A stretch of 64,000 nucleotides of DNA from assembly GCA_965153455.1 (NCBI GenBank), contig OZ234494.1:5642001-5706000 (forward strand), read 5' to 3'. The notes below the pieces were generated by a model. The model searched no databases. It worked only from the letters and a program-made list of their open reading frames with translations, and was not told the DNA's origin. The DNA comes from Sphagnum compactum. Taxonomy: Eukaryota. Positions within the stretch are counted from its first letter, which is position 1. Every line of letters starts with the position of its first letter. Both the position numbers and the translations under genes were made by a program. Below are positions 50,182-61,900 of the stretch, piece after piece.

Positions 50182-52092
50182 CAGTGTTTGGGCGGGTATA
50201 AAATGATATACGAGAAGCGATCACGGTTTCAAGCCGGTTCTCAATTTGAATATTTCAGGGTATCAGATTGGGTGATACTCTTTACGAAATGTGGCTGCAG
50301 GGTTTTTACAACATTTGAAACCCTGATAGAATATATTTTTATATTTTTAAAAACCCTGTCAGGGTATTAACATTTTAAAGGTCAAAGTTTCAAGGTTAGA
50401 AAAAAATTAGTCAATAGAGTTTAGTGTTTAGTCAATAGTTAGATTTAGTGTTTAGGCGTTGCTCAATGCAAAATTATATAACTTTTTTTTCATTTTGTGT
50501 TGTGTTTTTTGCTTTCTTGTTTGTTAGTGAGTTTGATTTGGTTGTGTTTTTCATCTTCTTGACACTGTTGTTGTTGCTATTGGATGAAGCTCCCGCTCTT
50601 TCTCTCAGTGATGTTGTTGGTGTTGTCGCTCAATGAAGCTCCTAATCCTCTTGATGCTCCTCTTTCCTCCTGGTGTTGTTGTACTATTTTTCTCAATGCA
50701 ATCCCTCTTTCCTTTCAACATTGTTGTTGCTTTTCTTAACATAGTTCCTTCTCTTTGGTGCAACTACAACTACTCCTTGACATCACTACGTTCCTTTTGC
50801 TCCTCAATGATGTTCCTTCTCCTTGACATTGCTCTTGTTCTTCTTCAACGTTGTTCTTACTCTTTTTCAACAATGTTCTTCCTCGACACTACTTTTCGAT
50901 GTTGCTCTTGCTCTTGCTCCTCGTTGTTGTTCGTCTTCAATTCCACTCCTACTCTTACTCCTTGACGCCATTCCTACTCTTATTCAATGTCATTCCTGCT
51001 CCTTTTCAATGCCGCTCCTACTCTTCATATTTTAGGTACCTTTATGTTCCCCCTTGATGTTGTTGTTATTCCTCCTTTTAATGTTGCTCCTACTCCTCTT
51101 ATTTCAAATTGGTACTTCCCCCCTTCATATTTTTACAAATGTGGGAAGAGCAACCTTTCCAAATTCAACTTTTTTAGGCCGAGCTTGAAAGTGAATTTGT
51201 TTTTTTCTCCAAATGTTTGTTTGTTGATGACTTGTTCCTTGTTTTGATTATCCATTTTTTTGGATAATTTTGGTTGAATTTTTATTTCTTATGTGCAAGA
51301 TTTATTTGGAAATTTAATTTTACAAAATTAATTTTAATTTTACACATTACATTTCATTTGCACATTTGCATTGTATTTTTTTTTGGCACATTGCATTTTT
51401 TTTTAATTTTTAAAATATTGCTTGAAAATGTTTAAATTAATTTTCATAACATAGATAAAAAGAACCCATTTTTTGGCAAAAAGTATATTTAATTATAATT
51501 TCTCTTTCAAGGTAGGTAATATTCTCATGGAAAATGGGGGAATAAAGTCAAAATGAAAATCTAATTTTGATTGAAGATGAAAATGAAACTAATTGAAATG
51601 AAATGAACAATCATGTAGAAAGAGCAAAAAGTGGAAATGTGCAAACAAAAAAAACCAGAGTTGAAGAAAATGTGGAACAAATAATGAATTGTTTTTGCAA
51701 AAATTACACATTCAAAGAAAAATGTGAGGAGGCCATAACAAAAATGCTCTAAGTTGGGCATTTTATTGTGCGACTAATGGGAAAGAGGTTGAAAAAGCAA
51801 GTCATCAAATGATGAAATGTATTATATGTTATGTTAATCATGTGAATGTTTTTAATCTAAGAACTAAAAAAAGAACTAGTTTAATAATATATTATAAGGC
51901 TTATGGTATAACTACTTTGAAAAAACATGTAGGTGCATATCATTCCATAATTACAAAAAAAATTGAAAAGAAAGTTAACAATTTAATAACAAAAATGTTG
52001 AAAAACAACTTGTAAAAAAAAGGCCAAATGTTTTAGGAAGTGCAATTTTCGTTTTTTTTTGTCATGAAAGAACCTTTCAAAAAGGATGATGT
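50182..52092 (+). mobile_element. truncated hAT element (left TIR plus BED-finger remnant)
   Basis: Terminus CAGTGTTTGGGCGG; WAFYC...MKCIICY...GITTLKKHVGAYH remnant resembles 26687-27079; cut at 52093 by a degenerate CACTA-like terminus. Confidence 0.75.
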
Positions 52093-53879
52093 CAATAATA
52101 GAAAAATGTCAATTTGTGACTAAAAAATAATTACAATAACCTTTACAACTAAAATATCCCAAAATTGCATAAGTGAAGTCACATTGAACCTTTAGTTGGA
52201 AATGATGACTTAGCATGATGTCAACACATTTCCCATGGATGAAATATATGATCAACGTGTACACTTTCATCTTTTGACTAGTGTATAAAATTTGTAACTA
52301 TTAACCATTCTTTTGCAACTAATAAATAACCCTATCACTAATTGCCATTTATCAACATAATAATTTTTTGCACAACTTTTTTATTATTGAAATATTCATT
52401 TGGGCCATCCATTATGGATGGCCATAGATGTCAACACATACTTTAATCAAATTTTGACACATGGCAAAATTTGGAATTTTTAAATATATGATTTCATATA
52501 ATATACAATGAGAAAAAATCAACATGATCCAATTTCAATTATTTACATGATGCCATTTGAATAAAAGAAATTTTGACACATGTGGCATTTAGACATTTGA
52601 ATACCTTAAATTTTTTTAATGTTTTGCCTTTAGGGTTAAACTTCTTTGAGCTCATCCCAAATGGCACATGATTTTTAATGTGAAATCCAAAGAAAAAGCA
52701 CCTTCTTTATATACTTTGTAAGATGACATTAGAAAATAAAACATATGGGTTAGACATTTTAGTTGCACCTTAATCACAAATTCAATTGTAACTAAAAATG
52801 ATTCTTGCACAAGTTTTGTACTTTTTTTTGTTTTGTAAATTAATTAAATAGGTAAAAAATAAATAACTAATTAATTAATTAATTAATAACTAATAACCTA
52901 CAAGTCAATGCAGATTAAGGTGGCTCATTTTTTGTCCTTTTCTAAACTTTTTTCAAAGTGTACTCTATTCAAATGCCACAAATGCATTGTAAAATCATCA
53001 ATTTGACAAAAATATTTATGGATTAAAATTGCCAACTTGAATAAAAATATTTATTGAGGGGTGAAATTCAATAAACATACACCAAACGTATAGTAATGGA
53101 CTTTTAAAGTGAACATATGGACCATGTTCTAGGTTTTGCATTAACATTCACTACTACCAAAGTGGGGTGTAATTTACTAGCTTAAATCACTATGGGACCT
53201 TAAAAGTGAAATAATTTCATTGCATTTTACTGATTTCACCTAGTGAAAGTTATTTCACTATAATATCACTATGTAGACATCATGTTTCATTTCTAGTTAA
53301 CATAATTCACTATTACAATTTACTGTAGCAAATAGGTTTATTTTTATGTTTTTTTAAATATTCTATCTATGTTACTTTATGATATACCATATATTATTTT
53401 AAGCTACTTTAGTTATTCTAACTTATATTTTATGTTATTATAGGCTATTATAAATTATTGTACCTTAAATCATTATATGTTATTTTACCTTAAAATATCT
53501 TAACTAGTTTATTATAAGCTTTCAAATTATTTAAAATTAAATTATTCAACTAACTTTAGGCTATACCTTAGGTTATTTTATTTTAAATTAATACATGTTA
53601 TTTTAAGTTATACTTTAAATTATTCAATGTCATTCTACTTAATGTTATTATAAATTATTTTATCCTAAGCATAATAACTTTAAAATAATCTAAAACAAAA
53701 TATAATGACTTAAGGTGAAAATAACTTAAAATAGAAAATATTAACCTATGAAAAATAATTTTAAATACCCTCCAATATAATAACTACCAATAGCCTCTGA
53801 TATTATAACATAGAATATCAAACAATAATATATAATACAATAATCACCAATAGTTGTAATATAACATATAATAACCAAC

Positions 53880-54900
53880 AATAACTTATAATACAGTAAC
53901 CATTAATAACCATTAATAAAATAGCCATCAATAACCACCAATAAAATAACCACCAATGGCTTACAATGGAATAATAATTAATAGCCATTAATAAAATAGC
54001 CACCAACAGCCATTAATAGAATAATCACCAATAGCCATTAATAGAACAGCCACCAATATCCATTAATAAATTAATCACGAATAGTCATTAATATAATAGC
54101 CACCAATAGCCATTAATAAATTAATCACCAATAGCCATTAATAGAGTAACCACCAATAGCCATTAATACATTAATCACGAATAGCCATTAATAAAATAGC
54201 CACCAGTAGCCATTAATATAATAGCCACCAGTAGCCATTCATATAATAGCCACCAATAGCCACCAATAGAATAACCACGAATAGCCACCAATAGAATAAC
54301 TACCAATGGCCATTAATAGAATAACCACCAATAACTATTAATAGAATAACCACTAAAAAACTTAATAACCACAAATAGAACAGGTACCAATAGCCATTAA
54401 TAACCACCAATAGCACTAATAAAAGAACAACCAATAGCCATGTATTATAATTGCTTAGGATTGCCAAAAATAATCTAAAGTGAAATAATTTATAATAAAC
54501 AAAATAACTAAAAGTGAAATAATTTTCAATAGCCAAAAGTAACTTATAATAGCTACAAGTAGTCTAAATTGACATAATTTACAATAGCCAAAAATAACAT
54601 AAAATAGACAAAAAAACTTACAATAGCTGAAAATAGCCTAAGGTGAAATAAATTAAAATAACCAAAAGTAATTTATAATAACTGCAAGTAGTCTAAATTG
54701 AAATAATCTATAATAGCCAAAAAAACTTACAATAAGTGAAAATAGCCTATGATGAAATAAGTTAAAAATAGTCAAAAATAATTTAAAATAACCAAAAATA
54801 GCCTAGGGTGAAATAACCAAAAATAATCAAAAGTAACTGAGAATAGCCATAAATAACTGTAAATAATGTAGGGTGAAATAATTTAAATTAATGAAAAATA
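53880..54900. repeat. AT-rich minisatellite (AATAGCCATTAATA...AGCCACC, ~25-bp unit) and degenerate flanks
   Basis: Clear tandem units at ~53920-54440. Confidence 0.85.
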
Positions 54901-55210
54901 GTCATATAATAATTGAATGTAGTTTAACATAGGTTGTATTATTATATTAACAAAAACAAATCCATTTACTAAACTTTTTTTTTCAAAAAAATGGTCATTG
55001 AAATGTTATTGAATAATGATATTCAACTTTTTTTTGTTCAAATGATTTTAAACTTTCAAAAGGAAATAAATGTAATTATGTACATTATTGAATTTTTTTA
55101 AAAAGTAAACTCGAATTATTTCATTTGAACAAAATCTCAATAAGATATGAATTTTCAAAAAAATAAAATTGTAATGTTTAAAATAAAGTATTTGATAAAT
55201 AGAATGTAAT

Positions 55211-55364
55211 GGGGTGGTTTGATGGTAAAGGTGTTTGCTCTCATTCCAAAGGTGAAGGGATCGAACCTCACGGGTGGTGTTGTGTGTGGTCAACAATGGT
55301 ATGTTGACCGAATATTCTCCTATCGCATTTTTAGGTTAGGTGCCTAGGTTGATTACGTGGTCTA
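55211..55364 (+). mobile_element. tRNA-derived SINE-like head interrupted by the CACTA insertion
   Basis: A-box-like TGGTTTGATGG (55215-55225) and B-box-like GGATCGAACC (55258-55267) at tRNA-like spacing. Confidence 0.5.
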
Positions 55365-55657
55365 CACTACTAGAAATTTGCCATTTTGCAACTGCCGTAT
55401 GCAACTGGTTTGGTTGCATTTTTAGTTGCATGCGACACATGCAACTGCAAATTCGCTTAGTTGCATAAAACCAGTTGCAGGCGCTTTTAGTTGCATGTCA
55501 CAGTACGTATATGAGCAAGTATATACGGTTGGGTTATACGGTTTCATCCACCCATATTCTATACCTACGGTTGTAAGTGCGACTACATGCAACTACACGG
55601 GTTGCGTTCACACTGCGTTACATGCAAATTAGCTCACCCAATTGTATGCGAACACGT

Positions 55658-56735
55658 GTAGGGTTAGGGTTAGGGTTTTTCATCGGACCGTTTATAGTGC
55701 GCCACGTGGCAGCACAAAAACCATTAGATTTAGTTGCATATGTAACTGTTGACCTATGTTTTACGGTTAGGGTTAGGATGAGGGTTTTTTCATCGGACCG
55801 TTTACAGTGCGTCACGTGCCAGCACAACAACCGTTAGATTTAGTTGCATATGCAACTGCTGACCCATGTTTTAGGGTTAGGGTTGGGGTTGGGGTTTTTC
55901 ATCGGACCGTTTATAGTGCGCCACGTGGTAGCACAACAACCATTAGATTTAGTTGCATATGCAACTGCTAACCCATGTTTTAGGAATAGGGTTAGGGTTA
56001 GGGTTTTTTCATCGGACCGTTTACAGTGCGCCACGTGCCAGCACAACAACCGTTAGATTTAGTTGCATATGCAACTGCTGACCCATGTTTTAGGGTTACG
56101 GTTAAGGTTGGGGTTTTTTCATCGGACCGTTTACGGTGCGCCACGTGCCAGCACAACAATCGTTAGATTTAGTTGCGTATGCAACTGCTGTCCCATGTTT
56201 TAGGGTTAGGGTTAGGATTGGGGTTTTTCATCGGACCGTTTATAGTGCGCTACGTGGCAGCACAACAACCGTTAGATTTAGTTGCATATGCAACTGCTGA
56301 CCCATGTTTTAGGATTAGGGTTAGGCACATGAGTTTTTCATCAGACCGTTTATAGTGCGCCACGTGGCAGCACAACAACCGTTAGATTTAGTTGTATATG
56401 CAACTGCTAACCCATCTTTCAGGAATAGGGTTAGGGTTAGGGTTTTTTCATTGGACCGTTGACAATGCGCCACGTGGCAGCATAACAACCGTTAGATTTA
56501 GTTGCATATGCAACTGCTGACCCATGTTTTAGGGTTAGGGTTTTTCACCAGACCGGTTGTAGTGCGCCATGTGGCAGTACAATAACCGTTAGATTTAGTT
56601 GCATAGGCAACTGGTGAGTTCCAGATGCAACTGCTGACCTATGTTTTAGGGTTACGTTTAGGGTTAGGGTTTTCCATCATACAGGTTAAATATGTTTTAG
56701 GGTTAGGGTTTAGGGTTAGGATTAGGGTTTAGGGT
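55658..56735. repeat. ~110-bp tandem array (about 9 copies) containing TTAGGG runs
   Basis: CATCGGACCG-type anchors at about 55681, 55791, 55900, 56010, 56120, 56229, 56339, 56449 and 56546. Confidence 0.95.
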
Positions 56736-57153
56736 TATGATGTATCAGGATTAGTAACATTAACCATTGCCACATTAGCATTAGGAGCACACCTACACCT
56801 AGTTTAACTAATGTACATTATACATATCAGGTCTCTATTATATTCCTTTAGTGCTGAAAAATCAACCAATAAATATTACACACATAGATTTGTGATTTGC
56901 AATTTTGCATGTAACAAATCTGCAGTTACTTAACCAACAAATTACCCTTTGTCATAACATTGAAATTCCATCCAATGGGGTTTAATGGCCATTGTTCCAA
57001 TTACAGCAACCAGGAATCCATCACTCTATCAGGTCTATTAAACCTGACAATGTCTAAAATATCATTGACACCCAAAAAAGGCCATAACTACTCAAAATAT
57101 GTCGGTTTTAGAATTCAAAAATCAACTAGCTCCCGGCCTATAGTGCCCCTAAC

Positions 57154-57500
57154 TTAAGCATGCTTTCGCATTAGACGACCTTCCCATACAGTGCTTGAAC
57201 CTATTACATCCTTTAACACACATTGTGGGGGATCATCATTCTCATTTGGCACCAACAACGAGGTGTTGCCTTTACCTGCCACAATTTCACTTAACTGGAC
57301 TCGGAACCATGACTCCTTGACTGGCACCCCATGGTGGACACATCCTTGTCCTCCAACACTTGTTATCAGCCCCTTCGCTACAACCTCCACATCAAGGTTA
57401 CATAAGACAATTGCTTCCCCTACTTTAAACTGCACATCAACCAATAAAGAACCTTCATTCAATTTACCACGAGCAACCGATTTAGGAAAATGGAATTTTT
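57154..57500 (-). CDS. terminal exon encoding a TNP1/En/Spm-like (TnpA C-terminal) domain
   Basis: VVAKGLI...HHGVPV...FRVQL...LLVP...LKDVIGSSTVW pattern; upstream exon with CAG|GTAAGT donor near 57584. Confidence 0.65.
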
Positions 57501-58020
57501 GTTACAACATTGTGTCAAACAGGGCATTTGTGTTCCCTAGTTATAAATCATAGATACTCAAGAGCATGTTGGTATTAACTTACCTGTTGCCTTGCCTTCT
57601 CTCCTACATTCCCCACCCTTGCACCAATATTAGAGCGTAGCCGACTGCTCACAACTCCTTCAGGTGCTGGCATACTTGCTGCCTTTTTTTGCACTTTCTG
57701 CCACACCAAATCCATCAATGAATACAAATGTGAAACCATGTCAATGATTTCCCTTGAAGCTTGTATGCACCTAGACCCCAAACAATGTGGGTATGTTCTT
57801 AATCTTTAGATTGTAACAGAAAGAACAACAAATCTAGCTTCCACAATCTAACTTATGTCCTATTTTAGCCATGTAGTTCATGCAATTCCCAACATCCCAC
57901 ACATATGCCACATTTGATATACACTGCAAGAGTACTCCCACAATTGAACAATCCACAGCATTTTGTAGACTCTAACTTTAATGTGTTGTGCCACTTGTGG
58001 AAGGGCTCCAAGCAACATGT

Positions 58021-58911
58021 ATGAATCAACATGGGGTGAAGGAGGGGGTGTGTGTGATCAGGGGCTATGTCAAAGGGTGCAACCACATTCACCCATGGGC
58101 GGGCAAGCACCAGACATGGCCTTGGACAATGAAATAGAAGTAGATGCCCAGCCCAAGGTTTTCGCTGAAAGGGGTATGCAACGATGGGCTTCAAAGCGAG
58201 CTATAGAATTTGAAGCCCAAGAACGAAAGGAGAAAGGCTTGCCAGGCCATAAGGTGCAAGTGACAAGGCATGGCAAAATTGATGGTGCATGTGAAGGGAA
58301 GGATGCATGGGATGGTGCGATTAGGTCGCTAGCACCTCAGATTTTGAACATGGCAGTGGTTAGGGTTACAGAACAGGACCCTGTAGACATGGCTAGACTC
58401 CGGTTGCAATTGGATGGGAGATTTGAATATGTAGGTGGTGAATTAAATGGGGCTGGCTTTAGGGATTGTGTAAGGCGATATATGAAAGGAGAAAGAGCAC
58501 GCTTAAAAAGAAGGTATGCACAGAAAGGTGCCAAAGCTTGCCCACTTGAAGTGGACCGAGAACAATGGGAGAAATTAGTGACATATTGGCAACAACGTGA
58601 GACCAAGAATAAAAGTGAACACATGGTTGGTGCAAGAGGGGCAGTTGCAAATGTAAGCCACCTTGGGCGTGGTGGTAAGGCAGCTATAGAAGCAAAATTG
58701 GCAAGTTAACCCTAAAACCCTACTCCGTTGTGATGGCCAAATGGAAATTACAATATGTTGAAGTTATTATGCACTCACATGCCACATACAATGCTGAGCA
58801 CTGAATGATGTTTGAAATGGGTGAATGCAGAAATCCAGGCATTGCCGAAGCCCATCAATATCTGAGATGGCTGCTGTGGGACTAGAATCTAGTGGCACAC
58901 CTGGGTACCCA
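58021..58911 (+). CDS. Ptta/En/Spm (Transposase_24-like) TnpA exon(s)
   Basis: CPLEVDREQWEKLVTYW...KSEHMVGAR...HLGRGGKAAIEAKL; probable intron 58701-58830 and a further exon 58831-58911; the start codon is uncertain. Confidence 0.7.
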
Positions 58912-61900
58912 GTGAGTTTTCCTAGCTGTTTCATTTGTCTTTCCCTGTCCTTTCCCTTTCTGTCTTGGTTATGGTTGATTGAGGGGATGTGATTAGCACT
59001 GGTATTACATGGCCTACCTCAACCAGAAAGTCTGCTAAAGCAGTACCATCATCAGTAGAAGCTGGTGTAGCCTTTCCAAACAGCTTACCAAGTGACATCC
59101 CCTCACTGCTTTTACTAGTATCTGTCCTGAAAATGATATCATCAGGTACTGTGTCACCTGTGGCATAATGACCCTGTGGATTCAAGGATAAGTTGAGTTC
59201 TGTGTTGTCAATGTAGCAGAAACTTCAGATTTTATCTTCTTGGCTAGATTTCCTCGTAGATAACTTGTTCCTCATATTTGGTCAGTTAGTCCTTAAGCAA
59301 CCATTGGATGCCCACTGAGTACTGATTATGCAATCATTTTAGTTTCACCTCTTCACATATGAATTCAATATCTTTCAGGTGCCTTATGAGGTCTAATGTT
59401 TGTTCAATGCTCCCAAGGACTCTATTGGCAGTGGCAAACACTCTAATTCATTCCCCAAGCTTAATTGAACTTTTAATGGCTTCTCTTCAAAAAAGGTTTC
59501 AAATCACACCAGAGGCTAAAGCAGAGATCAAAATTGTTTAAACATCCAGCCAAGAGATCAAATCTGATGCCCCTGCAACTTTGAAAAGGCTTCGAAGTTG
59601 CAGAGGCTGCAGATTTGATCTCTTGGTTAGATTTCAGATTAGACAATTTATTTCTTTGTTTTGGCTAACGTGTTTATAGATGTTGCATCGGTATCCCCTC
59701 GGGTACAAAGTCTGCGGTCTATTTAGCTAATCTCTTCACATAGGAGCTCCTCTTTCTTTTTTAGGTTTTTCCTTTTCATTTCTTATTTCATTTTTGATTT
59801 CTTTTGTTTTTTTGTTTTTGTGTAAGTGGTGGTTCGTTTTGCAGTACCAGCAGTTATTCAGAGATGATGATCAGGTTGATGGCAGCTTTGCACAGAATCA
59901 AGGAGACCTGCATTTTGTGTTTTATTATTCTTTCTGGTGCAGCATTTGCTGCAGTTCTTGTTTTGTTGCTTGCGGAATTAAAAGGTCTTGTGTACATGAT
60001 CTCCTTGCATTTGAGAATTTTGGAACTTTGGGTCTTTCTGGATGCCCGCTCTAGTGGCTGCTTCTTTTGTAGAGTTTGGAATATATCATGGTGAGAGATC
60101 CTGGTATTCCTTTCCCAGCTCGCGGCACTAGCTTGCAAGTGCCACTCGCCAGCTGAATGAATCGAGCTACTCATGATTTGCAGCCCGGCTCAATCTGCAA
60201 CCGCTTACATTGATTGAACCTCATAGTTTCTGATTTGCTCTAGACTAGATATTCATTTTTATTTCTGCCTTCATGAGTTTGATAGTAATTAGTAGGTGGA
60301 ATACTTATGTTGTCATTGTAAGGATCTTTTGATGGGTTTATTGGGCAGGCATCACAATCTCCCAGTTTGTTTTCTCGAATGACTGCCATTGAAAAGAAGC
60401 TGCCAGAGATGAGTGGCCAAGTTTCCCAAGTTATTGAAGGGATGGATAAATTGAATGCTAAGGTAGAAGATTTCATGCAACAATTGCTAGCATGTCGAGA
60501 AGATGGTGTGAATGTGAGAATCCCCAAAACTGTTGCAGCCACTGTAAACATTGAAGAGGTAGATGTTCCTTCAAGGACTTGATCCCCTGAGATTCTTGGT
60601 GTTGCAAAGAGCCTGCATGAGGTTCTTCATTCAGATCATGATGGACGAGGGTCAGGCACAACAGTGGTTGAGAGTGCCACACAATTAGCTCCAAAAGCCG
60701 ATCATATCTCTACAGGAAAAGGGGTGGGCCAACAAGTGGATGGTGTTGTCCCTTCACATGTCCCCAACTATGTGCTAGTAGGAGACGATATCCCCAACTA
60801 TGTGCTAATAGGAGAGGATATGGGGCAGAATCCTAATATGTCAGGGAAGGACAAAGAAGTTGGAGTAGCTTGCAAAGGCGGTGACTGTGTAGATGAGAGC
60901 AACCGCCAACGCCCACCCTCAAAGGTACGATCTAAATTTTGCCCAGGGCTCAATCTTACCTTCTAATTAGGACATTGTGACACTTGGCAAGAACTCCACT
61001 GTCTTGTGTGCCCACATTGTCTAGCATTCCATGTGCATTCTGAACTTCCAACACCATGTTTACATGCCTGATTATTGCACCTTGCAAAGTCACCACCATG
61101 CTTGCGACTTTGTACTGCTGCCGATGTGGTCTTTTGTAGCCTAGTGGCATTCACCATATCGACAAGTGGTGGGGTTTCAACCCGAGCTTTCTTTGATGTT
61201 GCTTTCTTTTCTCAAGCACACACACAACACGTTATACATAGGGAATGGGTAGAAGCTAGGAAAACATACAGTCTGCTCATATATTGTCAACATGAGACAT
61301 GTAAATTCCAAAAAAACAGAGATTCGTAAATCAAAAACAGAATTGGTGAGCTTTTCCAATGTTCGAGCTTCTCTTACATGCTCTTAGGATCTTGCAAAGA
61401 CTGAGCTACAGGTTTGACCATCATATAGCACTTAACTGGAACCAGTGTTACGGATTACATAGATGACACCTCTATATGAAACAGAACAAATTTTGGCAAC
61501 AAGTTTGAGGTGCTTTTGCCTTAACCTTCTAAGCCTGTTGAGAGACTTTAATTAACCCTTTACAGAACACAGCATGATCAGCAAATTTCTGAAAGAAAAC
61601 CACTTCATATTTGCATTACTGAAATCATGGAGATTTATAAGATTATTTCTGGACATGAAAGAAAACCTGATACAAAAGAAAAACTCTGATGAACAAAAAG
61701 GGCACAATTCTAGATCTTAACTGAAAGCTTGAAGACACTCTGGATGAAGGCAATAATTTCCAAGAACAGTGATAGACTTTGCAAGCTCTGAATTTAAAGA
61801 AACTATTACAAGCTCAAGCAAAAATCTCCAATCTTGATAAAGGAAATCAAGAAAAAGTGTACTACCGAAACCCCTACAACACCACAGACCCATGTGTCTG

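Noticed and set aside
50448..51247. Hydrophobic membrane-protein-like ORFs (also 27810-28356)
   Set aside because: Products of CT-rich low-complexity sequence inside hAT elements
55211..55275. Functional tRNA gene
   Set aside because: A- and B-box-like motifs are present but I could not fold a proper cloverleaf; treated as SINE-like.
55658..56735. CRISPR-like array (regular palindromic repeats)
   Set aside because: The sequence between palindromes is also repeated, so there are no unique spacers. There are no cas genes and the context is eukaryotic.
56690..56735. True telomere
   Set aside because: Short, degenerate and internal to a transposon
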